Source: Polymyxa betae A26-41 (taxonomy: Eukaryota > Protista > Endomyxa: Phytomyxea). From it: a stretch of DNA of 36,527 bases. A program made the translations under genes and the position numbers. Below, one piece after another: positions 22,211 through 34,759 of the stretch; the first letter of the stretch is position 1, and every line of letters begins with the position of its first letter. A model generated the notes under the pieces. That model worked only from the letters and a program-made list of their open reading frames with translations. It did not search any database and was not told the DNA's origin. Where the stretch lies: positions 1 to 36,527 of the forward strand of contig RBZT01000216.1 of NCBI GenBank assembly GCA_003693705.1, in the 5' to 3' direction.

Positions 22211-23993
22211 CCGTAAACCCCGTAGAGTTGGCCCCTGATACCTGGCCCCCCAACGGAACATTTGGCCTCGGACCATAATTTCATTACACGATGGTAGCAA
22301 TCGGAGATGGAGAAATAGTCGGCAATGCAAATACAAAAGGCCGATCCTGCGAGTCTTATGATGTTTGTGGCTCTTACATTTTGTTCCGGCGACCTAGTTC
22401 ACCTCTCAAGCCTGTGGTTGTCGACTTTGATGGTGTGACTCAATATGCAATTGCCAGTCACTTGATCCGTATTGGATTTGAAAGCTGTCGTGTTGGGTTC
22501 CCCTCCGGAATTATCATGCAGGCAGTAAAAGCGAAACGTTTGCCAATAATTTTGGCCAGATTCTGGAAAAATGTGAAAACTCTGAGAATGTCGCTAAACG
22601 AAGCAAAAGCTATCGGAATAAGGGAATGGCATCATTCCGTTTGCAGGAATGTCTTCCGATTTCAGAGTGAATCGGTGAGTTTGAATCCGATTCCCTTCCA
22701 TGTGCTAATGCGTGTCTGGTCAGAAATGTTCTGCGAAGATTGATCAACCCATTGGGCAACCAAAAGGCGCGTTGGCGATTTGTTTCAATATTTTGCAGCA
22801 TAAACGCTTCATATGATATTCGCAAGTAATCTTTGAATGGCTTGTTGATCCCAACATCCAGGATTTGTAATTTCCCTGTCTAACCGGGAAGAATGAATTC
22901 AACTTCGGTGCCACAGTTCTGTGACGCGGTCACAATGGAAACAACCATATGAACCTTGCGTCGATCCATGATAAGATACGCGTCAGGTTATTCACGACAA
23001 AAACCCTTCCATACTTTTTCAATGAGTTTGAAAGTTGATTCGTCAATCCATGCTTTCTCTTGAACAGTGTAAAAGCAACCTTCTGGAAAATTCTGTTCCG
23101 CACACTGTTTAAGAATTTTAGATTTCGGTCCCGGTTTCCCTTTGAAAATTAAGAAAGGTTTCAGCTTAACTCCGCTGAGGATAACCCCAAGCAGCACAGT
23201 GACTCGAGAAGAGCATCCGGTCGGTTTGATGTTGATTGTTCTTGAATCTTTTCGTGTCAGTGTTTTGTTGGCAGTCAAGTCGAAATGACATTTGTTTCGT
23301 CGAAAATAACAACGCAATCCGGCGCAGTACCAAGACGCTGGATTTGATCGTTAACATAACCAACAAATTGGTTGATTTGCTGCTGACAATATCTTATGTT
23401 CTGAGCCACATGTGTTGCTCTTCGCTAAACGTACTTCTCATGGGTTAAAAAGCGATAAATGCGTTTCCGAAGAATTTTCAAGTCAGTTCCAGTTTTAGAG
23501 GGATCGATTCTCTGTAATTTTTGACAGAGCATTCCTGAATGTGATGATGCGATCTTTTTCCTCTAACATTTTAATCAACTCTCGTAAGTTATCGTAAGAA
23601 GGATTATTTTTTGGCAAACGGCCTGTATTCAGAGCGTTCTTTCGCTTCAGGTGCTCAGTAGATTCGCTCATATCGAGTTCTGTTTCCTCCAACGTTTGAT
23701 CTGAGCAGGCTCCACTCTCCACTTATTTGCTGTTGGCTTAATGTTGTTTGGAGTGTTATACGCCTCGTCTACGATCATCAACTTCAAGGCCCATTCGAGG
23801 TATCGCTTCTTCATGATGTCAGAATGGAGCTATTTTTTCATCGTTACAATCAGGAGGACGCGCCGGTGCAGAATGCATAGTTTAAAAAGCCGCAAAAACT
23901 CATGGTAAAAAGTTTCCAGTAAACCTGGCCCCCTCATACAAAAAACTCACTGTAAATGGAACATGAGGGGGGCCAACTCTAAGTGGTTTACGG
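22211..23993 (-). mobile_element. pogo-family (Tc1/mariner) DNA transposon with decayed DDE_1 transposase
   Basis: TIRs CCGTAAACCCCGTAGAGTTGGCCCC and CCGTAAACCACTTAGAGTTGGCCCC, TA on the left and AA on the right. Protein motifs RVTVLLG..GVKLKPFLIFKG, QEKAWID, LIMD and LQILDVGINKPFK. Confidence 0.92.
22291..22680 (+). pseudogene. Accessory ORF inside pogo (possibly HIRAN-like), frameshifted
   Basis: IVG..KGRSCESYDVCG...YAIASHLI..GFESCRVGF, convergent with the transposase and inside the TIRs. Confidence 0.55.
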
Positions 23994-25641
23994 AATTGCT
24001 CTAGGTTAGAGTTGTATTTCATGGATTTGCTGAATTGTTTCGGATGGGGTTTCGGGACGTGGACCATCTAGCTGACAAATTCATAATGACGTAATGACGG
24101 ATTGGCTACATGGGGATCTCTTCTATGACCATTACGTTCTAATCCTTCTGACGCGAAGCAGGACTTGTTGTTAATGCATTCAGGTGGGCAGCCTCTGCTT
24201 AAAAATCAAGCCATGCATCTCTGAACTGTTGCAGATAAAGAGGTGATCATTATTGCATTGAGCCGCTGTTTCGATGAAGCACGAGTTCACAATTCTTCCA
24301 AGATATCAGTTTGGCCACCTATTTTCAGTTACTTGACTTTGCCTCCTTCAATTCGCTGCAAGCCATCGTCAGTTGTCATGACATCTTCCTCATACTTTTC
24401 CAGTCAGCCTTATTTTCGGCTTGTTGCACATGAGCTGAATTTGATCAACCGTGAAGGCCTATGCATCTTCGACACATACTCCAATTCGTTAATCCAGGTA
24501 TCTACCTTTTGAATGAGGTCAATGTCTTATGTCGGAATTTTGGTGAAAAGAATGTTGATCAGCACCATGTCAGATCTGCCAGCATTTGTTAAGGCCATGC
24601 GTAAGGCTGGATCTTTCAATATCTATGGAGCATGCATCAGAAGCGCATTTGGAGTCACAGCTTGTGAAAGGACCTGTCGGTTAGGTTCATACCGATTTTT
24701 TCCAATGTCACATCCTCTTCGTCGAAAAACATGGATTCCAAAGTGTTTGGACTTACATTCAAGATCTCCAGCCCCCACTCTTCGGTCCAAAGAAGAAATC
24801 GTTGAAGCAGGTTTGGGAGATCTGCAATGTGATCGGTCATGAATATGAATGTGTTTTGACCTCATATAGGAGCGACAGCGGCGAATTATGAACAAAATCA
24901 AGTAGCAGAGAGAATCGAAGAATTCAAGAGATTTTTTGGAAAAGCCTACATCTGCAAAATTGCGAACCTATCATCGCTCCCTGGACCGTCATCATCCAAA
25001 CAAGGCACCTGGGGGACCCGGCCAATATGGAATCGATTTGCGAACAGAAAAGCTGAGCTGCGGTTTTGACCCGTCGTTGCAGTTCAAATCTGGTCCTGGT
25101 GGAGGCAGTGGACTGTGAAAGCAGAGGAGCGGGACTTGCATTTGACAAAGAAGCTAGTGTTGCTGAGATGGAGCTTAACTGGCTCCCAAAGGTTTGGAAA
25201 GACAATGCAGATTTGCTTTGGGAGCTATCTCGAAGAAGCCGGAATGAAATATTTCGTCATCTCGTCAATTTGATGCCCCCAGAGACTATGCTATCGGTTA
25301 AAATCTATTGCGGTTAAATCAAATGATCCCAGAATGCGAACAGCTCTTCAATCATAATGTCAAATCGCATGTTTTAATCAAGAATGCTCAATGGCACTCT
25401 TTACTATATGGCCTATTCAAGTATTCCACGCGAGGGCTCTTCAACAATAAGGATGCACATTCGACTAGGTTCCAACAGGCTTTGTATGAATGACTTTTAC
25501 GATCCTATATTGAAAAGGTCCCAGCTACGAAAGCTTTAAATAGGCATAACCGAAAGCCTTGCGTGTCTTGAAGAGGATGTTCCTAACATACACGAAAATT
25601 TCAAATAATTACACTGTCCTTTCAGTTTCAGAAAATTACTA

Positions 25642-26378
25642 CCGTCTTCACCCGAATACAGCGCCTAGGTAGGCGCTCTAATCAAATAGAGCGCCTATAG
25701 GCGCACTATTTGAATACGACGCCTAGGCGCTGTATTCTAGGGTGTGGGCATCAGCTTTTCTCTCCAGAAGCCAGATAGGCGTTGTATTCGAATACAGCGC
25801 CTATTCGCGAATCCCTATACTTCAGTTACATGGATCTGCTTAGATGATACAGTAAAATTTTCTTGAAATGAACAATTTATAGAGTGGAATCAGAACAAAA
25901 TATGATTTTGGACAAGTATTTTATGGTCCTTTATTGCATGGTCCTTCATTGCATGTTTTGCAATTCCATGGTGAAGAAATCGCCAAAGCGCTGTAGATGC
26001 AAGTGCTTGATATCCGAATGCTCGACATCCCCTTCAAAGGTAAGCTGTGATAGGACTTTAGCGTTATCGTCGAGCGTGGATACCAAGATGTTTAGCTCGT
26101 AAGATATTTTTATTGCCACAGAATAACGAGCTCCATAAAAACCCGAGCCTGTTTAATACCCGATATGGGACCTCCGACCAGGCTCATTGTAGAACTGATG
26201 CATTCAAATGCAACGCCTAGGCGTCTTCAAATACAACGCCTAGGCGTATTCAAATACAACTCCTAGGCGTTATATTTCACTAGGCGTTGTATTCGGGTTT
26301 TTGTACCAACTTTCTTCTTCGCCAGTTTTCAGAGAAACTCAAATACAGCGCCTAGGCGCTGTATTCGGGTGAAGACGA
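25642..26378. mobile_element. Non-autonomous pogo/Tigger-like MITE, 737 bp
   Basis: ~28-bp TIR CCGTCTTCACCCGAATACAGCGCCTAGG with one terminal mismatch, TA on both sides, and repeated subterminal CGCCTAGGCG palindromes. Confidence 0.88.
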
Positions 26379-27059
26379 TAGTATGCTGATGACGTTGCCG
26401 GTACATTTCATGCTACATATCGTTCCACATATTCTGGAAGTTTTGTGACCTCTAACTGGAATAGCATGGAGCTTCTGGTCAGAGCGTTTCATGCGGCCGA
26501 TGAACTCAATGAACCATGCTACTCGTGGACAGTCTGTGAATATCATGAAGAATTTCTCAGAGCAAGTCGTTATATCTTGTTTCAGGTAAGTGATTTTATG
26601 ACCTATCAATTGACTACTGAAAATTGGGGCCATCTCTAGATGAAAAGCGAAATACTGGTTATAATTATCAGTTATCTTCCATCTATTAATATGGGTCCAA
26701 GACCTGGGTCTTACGCATTTTTTGGACCTCAGCGTAATAACAGACCCCCGACTCGGGCCAATTCAATGGCAGGTTTCCGGCATCAATCTGATTTCAAACC
26801 GACTTTCTTCAAGTGTTTGTCGTAAGCTCTCGCTAACCGAATCGATGCCACTTCCGACTTCGCAATAAATGACATCATTTTATATTGCTTATTGAAATAA
26901 AGCATTCTTCCTCTATATATTCTTACAAATTCCTCGAAAGCCAATCAAGCGACTGTTCTATTTCGTTTCCTGTCTTGCTCAAGAATCTCTGCGGCAGCGA
27001 AGCTGTTCTGTTTCGTATTGCCACCCTCCATCAACAAAGCAAGCTTTACGATCTCGTCA

Positions 27060-28310
27060 ACTATTTTCTTTCTGTGTAGCAGGAGAAAGGAATTCAGCAT
27101 AGACCATGTACTGTTCCATCGCGTTTCGACGTCCAACTCGAGGTTTCGCCAAGTTATATTGAGAGAGGTACATAACGCCTTCAAAGCCTCCAACAGCTTT
27201 GGTGAGTCGGAACTTTTTTGATGGTATCCCGAAAACGACCGATAGCAACATCAAGATTTCGACAGCACGACATTCCATGTTTGATGCCAAGCTGCAAAGT
27301 ATGGGCCATACAGGACAGAAGAAAAGCTGTATTCGCAACCCCCGATCCACCACCCATTGTGTACATCGTAGTTTGATGGTGATCTGCAGATGCCTCGTCA
27401 CGAATTGCTGAGATATTTGCTTCATCAATGAGATCTTGTAGTCGGCTGTTAATCCGCTGACACATTGTCTCGTTGTTGGAGGCGTTATCTGTAGTCAGAG
27501 CCCAAACCGAACTCAGTAGTCTGGAATCCATGTCCACAACTACAGCTAGTAGATGGTCACCGAACCTTTCACCAATGTGGGGATACAGAACCCTGACGAA
27601 TCCGATTAAAACAGATTTCATTTCCCATGCATGATCGACATAGTGGGCGGTGACTACCATGTACACTCGTTTAGCTGCTGATGTCCACATATCCGTTGTT
27701 AATCCCAATCTACCACCAGCAAGATCCTTTAGTAATTGTTCTCTCACAACGACTTAAAATCAGCCCATCTCTTCATGTTGCGATCTCGTACAATGCTGCG
27801 TTTAGGTAGCACATATTCTTCTCTCAGGGCCTCACAGAATTCGATGAAATCACTCTGCTCTACTACGTTAAATGGTTGGGAATGGTTTACAATCCAGTCG
27901 CAAAGCTTTCGGTCTGCATACTCTTTTTCGGCAGAAGACATGCTCGAGGAATTGAATTTACGTTTCAGAGGATTTGTAGACTTGTCAAAGTGCTTCATGC
28001 TTGCTTGATTGTTTTGCGCAGGTTGAAATATCTCGGAATGCTTTTGGCGCAATTGCAGGCCGAAATTCCCTGTATTCTTGGTCTTCCATTTTTGATCCAG
28101 CTTGTTTTCCTTGCAAATGGTGCAGAACCATGGCTTGTCACTGTCTAATGGATCTTTCACCGGAACTGCGTGGACCTGCGTTTACCAACGTTTTTGTCCT
28201 GCGAATTTTCACGGCCACTTTGCAAGTTCACGCAGAACTTTGCACATGGAATTGCGTGGGATCGCAGGTTCTGTTCGCAGATATTGGCGGAGCATTGCAG
28301 ATATTTGCAT
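27060..28310 (-). pseudogene. hAT transposase with BED zinc finger, 3'-truncated
   Basis: WFCTICK..TGNF..LRQKH, WIVNHSQPFNVVE, LTTDMWTS, LTTDNASNN, CMAHTLQL and LDVETRWNSTWSML. Confidence 0.93.
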
Positions 28311-28619
28311 GAAAACTAATTCGCTTTTAGGATAGGGCATTAATTGTAATTATATTAAACAGAGATTTCTTTTCGAGTTTATTACGTTAGTTAGAACGAA
28401 GCACCGAAAGCAAAAAATCCAAGATTAGTTTAGCAAAAAACAGCAGCTGTACCAGTACAGCATCTGGCCGCCCCAGCTGCATCAGCACAAAAAAACAGCA
28501 GTATAGATTGCCATCCGCTCCAGCAGGTTCAGCAACTTCAGCACCACGAGCAACAGCTCGGGCACGTTCAGCTCAAACAGCAACGACCCGTGCAAAGGGA
28601 GCAGAGCAACGACCATTGA

Positions 28620-30430
28620 AAGCAATAAAACGTTGGAAGAAATTAAAAGCATGAATAAACTAAGAAGGGAGAAAATTTGATAAATGGTCAGCATCCACAC
28701 TTGTGAAAAATCTTGCAAGATTACCATCGATTCGATAACTACATCGCTATGAAAACGCGAGTCGCCCAGCGTTAGCACGAGAACAATCAGCTAGCACAGG
28801 GTATAAGATCTATAGAATATATAAATAAACGAATTGAAATGATATAAGGGCCCAGAACGCCCTGCCCTGCAAGCGAAAAGGAGAAACCGTGAGTCCCATC
28901 AGCGACCGAAAAATAGAAAGATAAGAGCATTCGTAAAAACAGCCAACTATTCTAACAATTGCAGAGCACCTTAAAAAGCATCAATACACTGAGAAGTGAG
29001 AAAATTTCAAATGGGCAGCATCCATTCTAACCGAATATAATTTCCAAGTTTACCTTCAATTCGACCCCAATATCGTTTTCAAAACACGAACCGCCATGAT
29101 CTATGCGCGAGAGCAATCAGTGCAGTGTATACAAACAATAGAATAAACTAGCAGAAATGTTAGAAGTGTCAAGAAGGCCCTGCAGGTGAAAATGAGATCT
29201 CGTGCTTCCCATCAGCGAGGAGAGCCAAAAATATAGAAAGGAAAACGCATTCATATAAGCAATTAACAATTCTTAAACATACAGAAAATCTTCAAAAGCA
29301 TAAATAAATTGAAAGACAGAAATTTCTAAAAAGGGCACCATCCACCCTAGCCGACAAAATAGAATTAGAATACCTTCGATTCAATGTTATTTCAGCCCCG
29401 AACACTCGATCCGCCCCAATCTACACACGAGAAAGATCAGCGAAGGGTATACAAACAATATTGCAAACAAAAAACTATGTTAGATGGGCACAGAAGGCCC
29501 TGCAAGCAGAAAGGAGAAACATAGGCGTCCCATCAGCGGCGAGACCGAAAAAATCGAAAGAAACAATCATTGCTAAAAGCAACCAGCTATGTGAAATCAT
29601 AGGCATCCAATCAGAGATTCATATGAGCAGCCAACTGTTTTAATAAATGCAGAAAAACTTTAAAAGCATTAATGAACTGAGAACAGATAAAATTCAAAAA
29701 TGGGCAGCACCAGCCTCGCAGATAAAAATTTACAGATTACATTCGTTTCGGCACCATTATCCCCAAAAAAGCTCAAGCCACCCCGATCCATACACGCAAA
29801 TAGTCAGTACATTGTATACAAACTGCAGAGAAAATAATCAGTCGTGCTATACTGCCCCAAAAAGCACTTCAAGGAAAACGGATTTACAATCATATGAGTC
29901 CCATCAGCTGCGAGACCGAAAAACATGTACAGAAAAAGCATTCATAAAAGCAGCCAACTGTTTGAATAAACTCAGAAAACTTATAAAAACATTAATAAAC
30001 TGAGAAAAGATAAAACTTCGAAAATGGGCAGCATCCACCTAGCCGAAAAAAAATATACAGGTTACCTTCGTTTCGACGCCATTATCGCCACGAAAGCTCG
30101 GGCCACCCAGATCTGTACACGAAAACAATCAGCACAGGGTATATAAAATTACAGATCAAACAAACAGTCGTGCCATACTGGCCCAGAAAGCCCTTCAAGC
30201 GAAAAGATGGAATCATCTGCCTCCCATCAGAGACAAGACCGAAGAAAATGTACAGAAAACTCATTCATAAAAGCAGCCAACTGTTTGTATAAATTCAGAA
30301 AACTTATAAAAACATTAATAAACTGAGAAAAGATAAAACTTCGAAAATGGTCAGCATCCACCCTAGCCGAAAGAAATTATACAGATTACCTTCGATTCGA
30401 CGCCATTATCGCCACGAAAGCTCGGGCCAT
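28620..30430. repeat. Divergent tandem array, ~323-bp unit, about 5.6 copies
   Basis: CAGCATCCA-like marker at 28689, 29016, 29336, 29705, 30029 and 30352 (spacings 327, 320, 369, 324, 323). TCCCATCAG recurs with the same period. Confidence 0.9.
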
Positions 30431-31269
30431 TAAGAACTGTACCATGACTGATGGCGACAATCGATCTGGTGAGGAACATGTCCTCTTCCGAAGTCCATGA
30501 TTTTGCCTTTCCCATGCTATTGCAAAATTCGGAGAATAAAAAATGCGGAATTTTATAAGATTTGTTTGGAAAATCGAAGAACTTTCTGCATAGATTTCTA
30601 TTAGCTTTGAGAGCTATCGTGAGCAGAATAGCTCCGAATGACGCAAAATCAAATTTGATATTGTTTTTGGCTCGGCGGTGGGGCTTGTTTTAAAGCTAAA
30701 TTTTGCATTACCTCTCCGTTTAAGCTCCGAGGTGGAGACGCTCTTGGATTGCTAATTTAGCCCTCATTGCTGTTGCTGCCTCCAAACGACATCTGCCTCT
30801 CGTTGTTCTGGTTGCTGATTCTGGAGACCCTAGCTGTTGAAGTCGCTCCTTCCAACACAGCTGTCAAACAGGCACAAGCATGAATTGATACTGTACTGAC
30901 TTTTCATCAGCTAGATGCAGGCCCGACTGCTGCAGTTGCTGATGAAAGACCGGCTCGGGCAGCCTGTGTTGTTGGCCTTACCTAAATTAATGGATTCGCC
31001 ACTACCTAAACTCCTTCGCTAATTACTGCAAAGGCTGTTACTGAATCGGCTTCTATTTGCACCGGTTGATGCTCTAAGGCACTTGTTAAATTGGCAGTTT
31101 CCGATTTAGGTGTTGTTAGGGCTCCTGCATAGATTCTCGACTATATCGCTGCAGCCGAAAAGTATCCCGTCGATCTCGAAGGAATTCTGTTTTGTATTTG
31201 TAATCTCACATCAATTTAATTTGTCAATAAACATCGCTTAAGGCTCGTTTTGTTGCTGTCATCCCTTAC

Positions 31270-32560
31270 ATGTTACTACAACCTATATGGCAAATTTTTT
31301 GTCACAGTCAAACGCTTTATTAGATCCTTTGGTAAGATGGTTAACCCGTCCATCTTGTCTAACAAGCCTGATTGAATTGCAAAATATCCTGCGACGTTTT
31401 GAAATTTTCCCAGCATCACATTTGTTGGTGCGACAGTGTCCATGAAGACCCATCTGGACCAAGCATTGTTTTCTGGGTTCGTCATTGGCTATATCATTGG
31501 CAAACGTGTCTCTTTGCTATCGTTGATGCGGTTTTGGCCGAATCCAAAGACCTAAACCAGTCCACATACGCATGCATTATCGGCGGCTGATTCTGGTTTA
31601 CAGTTAAGATGCGAAACCATCTCGCTGCTGCAAACCAGATCAATGGCTTTGAAGATCGTCCCGTCGCAGCGAATTTAACTCTTAGCATGTGATTGCTCGC
31701 CTTTACTCCTTTCGAGTGTTCATGTTCACGAGAGCGGAACAGCTTTCCTTTATGGACAATTCTGTTGACGACCTCAAAACCACTTGATGCTGGTGATTTT
31801 ACGGTAATTTTTGAATTTCACATTATTTGACAAACAAAAACCTTCCAATTTTATTTCCTATAAATATTGCTTAAGTCTATCCAAACAGCTAAAATCTATA
31901 TGTTGCTACTTTTAAAGATCGAAATGAAGCAGTGTACATACACTGCCACGAGAAAACTAGGATCTACCTTTCAAAGCATTCAGGAGACATGAATCGAATG
32001 CGCTTGCTTCTCAATACTCCAAGAGCTGGGAATGATAGTTCTGGAAGAACTCGATAGGCTTCTCTTTCAAGCTTTGTAAGCTCATCGGTTGAGCGAATGA
32101 TGAGTTAAATTTCTCCACGCTTGCTCTGTAAGCGTCAATCTTGAGATATAGATCTTCACGAAATTTTCTTATCAGTTATTAACAGATAATGGCCCGAATA
32201 GTTTCGATGTCGGACCTAATTGCAGGACTTTATCTCGAAAGACATGAGTTCAATTGAGGATTGATCCATAAAGCTCTGCTCCTCCTCTCATGTTGCCCCG
32301 AACGTCCACATCCTTTGAGAGCTATTGGAAAACCGCTCATCATGGTACTGAAGCCTATAAGTGTAATTAACAGGATCGAAGGTCCTGGTTGGTCCCCAGT
32401 CCAGGACAGGGATCATTGTCAATAAGCGCAGTTTTCTCTCCGCAGACGCCAAAAAACCACCGTTATTTGACATCTGGGTCCTTGATAATGATACCATGGA
32501 AGAAAAACCGTGCGCTCTCAGTATCTACTTACTTCTTATAGTAGAGCTGAATCAGAGCGA
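31270..32560 (-). pseudogene. Possible second CACTA-like transposase, C-terminal remnant
   Basis: HKGKLFRSREHE..ASNH, IWFAAARWF..HAYVDWF and FSWQCMY weakly resemble the CACTA C-terminal region. Heavily decayed. Confidence 0.4.
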
Positions 32561-32608
32561 CAGTCGGTGCCCTTGATTCTTTCAGTGTCGGCTTCTAATA
32601 TAACTTCC

Positions 32609-34620
32609 ATGCAGTCCAGCAAAGATGCATCGTCCTCTCTGCCCGATGTTGGGATCGAGTAAAAGGTCCCCTTTTATCGGTTAGCTAAGCGGTGCGATGA
32701 CTCGGGAGCGAAGGGTAGGACGCGAGGGACCGGTGTCCTGCAACGGAGCGACGTCAAGGAGTCCTCAGATGCGGAGCGCCGGGGCACGGAATGGAACGGA
32801 GAGATGATCGGAGTGGAGCGGTGAGGGGATCGTAGTGGAGCGTAGGAAGGAAGGAGCGGTGCCGGTGAGACGGAGACGGAGCGGAGACGTTGGTCGGAGG
32901 GAAGACGGAGGTGAGGCGAGGCGAGAGAACGAAGCAATAGAGAGTCGGAGACGAGATGAAAAACGTATGAATTTTGGAGTTGATCGGTATGGTTGCGCGG
33001 AGGCCGCTCCTCGCCATTCATAGATGGGAGACGAGGGGACCCGCGCATTCCGTGACAGGGCTCTTCCCCTATAGGAGTCGTCAGCAGGGGCGCATCCCTC
33101 TGCGCAGCCCCTCAGGGAGGGCCTGTACGATTGCCTGGTGGTCGGCTGGGCGGCTGCGCGTACTGTCATGCTCAATGAGCATGACACCCGATCTTTCTTT
33201 GAACGTGCAGATGCACGAAGCAATTTACAGACGCATGCTCATAGCATCCTCATTAGGCCTAGTAGCACGTCAAATGCGTATTCTGCTCGCCATGAAGAAT
33301 CAAGAAATGGTGTATCGATAAAGGCTTCATGGCTGGTGTCACTGTTACCGGTGATAAGCTCCATCTCTTCTTGCACGAACAGGTTGTCGGAAGAGAATCA
33401 AAGAAGAAAAAGCGTAATGGAGAAGCTGCAACTCGGACCGTCGGGAAATCAACTGCTCTGGGCTACACCGCTGCCTTTGTTGAAGTTTGGCGACAGCAAA
33501 CAGCTAATGAATACCCATCTAAATCCCCGGGACTGCAACGTCAAACGACTCTTGACACATGCCGAACACGAAACGCAACAGCATCATAAGGCGAATTTTG
33601 TTGATCTGAGGCATCGGAACTCTTCTTGATGGATACACCACCACCCATCAGATGGTCAAGATTGCTGACGCCTTCTGGAGAAGAGAAAGGGATTTCGGCC
33701 AAAGTTTGAGGAACTGTGTGGCTTCTTCATTTCTCATTACGCTTTGCTACGAGGGCAGACGGTCCGGAATCTGGATTAGCCGAAATACACTCTGTGCTTT
33801 TGGAGAATGAAGGCTTCTCAACCTGTTATGCACTCGTTTTCGTTGTCCGGGTAGGGAAGACGAACCAATTCGGCCGCAATGAGCTCGGTGCTTGTAGTCG
33901 CACAAAAGACTTTCGAATCTGTCCTTTCGGAGCGTGCGCTCTGTATTTATTCTGGCGGTAACACTTCGAAAAGTATTGGTTTCCAGACCTTACAACAAGT
34001 GAAGACTGGTTTGACATAAAGCCCTTCAAAAGCGGACAAAATTCAACTACAGCCATTGACGATGGAACCCATAAAGCATCGATCGATATGTCGTTTAAAG
34101 AGGACGGATTGTCTACTAAATCGAAGACCCACGCTGATAGAGGCTCTGGAGCGAGCGAGAATGGCTGAATTGGCGGATGCCACAGAAAACCAGATACGTC
34201 GTCTCGGCCGTTGGAATAATCAATCAATGGAAAACTGTTATTTGACGAATCTACCGAGAGAAGCAATTAGTATCCGCCTAATTCTGGAAGTTCCTTTCTT
34301 CAGCGAGCCGCTATTGATCCTCCGTTGTCTCTCAAACGAATGATCTTTCCTGAGGTTGAAGTCAACCTCGAGAGAATAAATTCAGGCCAAATCAGGATAC
34401 GATCGCAGCCAGAGGCTTTCTGGAACTACTAGACCGACTCAAAACTGTTATATTACAAGACTCGGAATTACTTAAACAGCGGTATCCTTCACATCCTTTG
34501 TGGGGACATGCTCTGTTTTCTTCCGAGCTGTACCTTCAGTTTATACAAGACCTTCAACGAGCCCTAGATGTCAGCACTGACCCGACCGAACACATCTTGC
34601 AAACAGCTAGGGTTGATTTG
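32609..34620 (+). pseudogene. Crypton (Ndc10 domain II-like) tyrosine recombinase, interrupted by a solo LTR
   Basis: RPSSTSNAY, VTGDKLHLFL..VVGR, GKTNQFGRNELGAC.R.KD..ICPFGACALYLFWR, KTHADRGSGARMAEL and QIRRLGRWNNQSMENCYLTNLPREA. Confidence 0.9.
32647..33186 (-). mobile_element. Solo LTR (540 bp) of the chromovirus family at the window end
   Basis: TG..CA termini, perfect 5-bp TSD CCCGA at 32642-32646 and 33187-33191, and collinear similarity with 35846-36392. Confidence 0.95.
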
Positions 34621-34759
34621 TCGACTAAACGATGAATACTGCATGAAGTTCTTCGTATAGAGGTAGAGTCGTATAGCGATAGGGTTTTCTTTGGAATGAC
34701 TCTGAGAATATGTCAGTAAAACTAATTGTTCATTGCTAGTCAAGGCCTCTCTTGTCAAT

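Larger units (their letters stand above)
21200..26620 (+). pseudogene. CACTA/EnSpm transposase (Transposase_21/DUF4218-like), split by pogo and MITE insertions
   Basis: CYC..VDPRTFRAH; FPKHWLETKR..ESCPEGRCVF..LYWPL; SVWPPIFSYLTLPPSIRCK..PYFRLVAHEL..EGLCIFD; SDLPA..YRFFPMSHPLR; HFMLHIVPHIL..PL..WSFWSERF, all in the expected order. Confidence 0.8.

Noticed and set aside
25650-26370. Palindromic repeats as CRISPR or REP elements
   Set aside because: Explained as subterminal repeats within a TIR/TA-bounded MITE.
28620-30430. 5S rRNA, spliced-leader or coding repeat array
   Set aside because: No 5S or snRNA motifs recognised, and ORFs are not conserved between units.
32674-33223. Several overlapping Pro/Arg/Ser-rich ORFs (also 35872-36223)
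   Set aside because: Spurious frames in GC-rich, purine-skewed LTR sequence.
33716-34270. Host kinetochore gene NDC10
   Set aside because: Multiple stops and frameshifts plus TE context favour a decayed Crypton.
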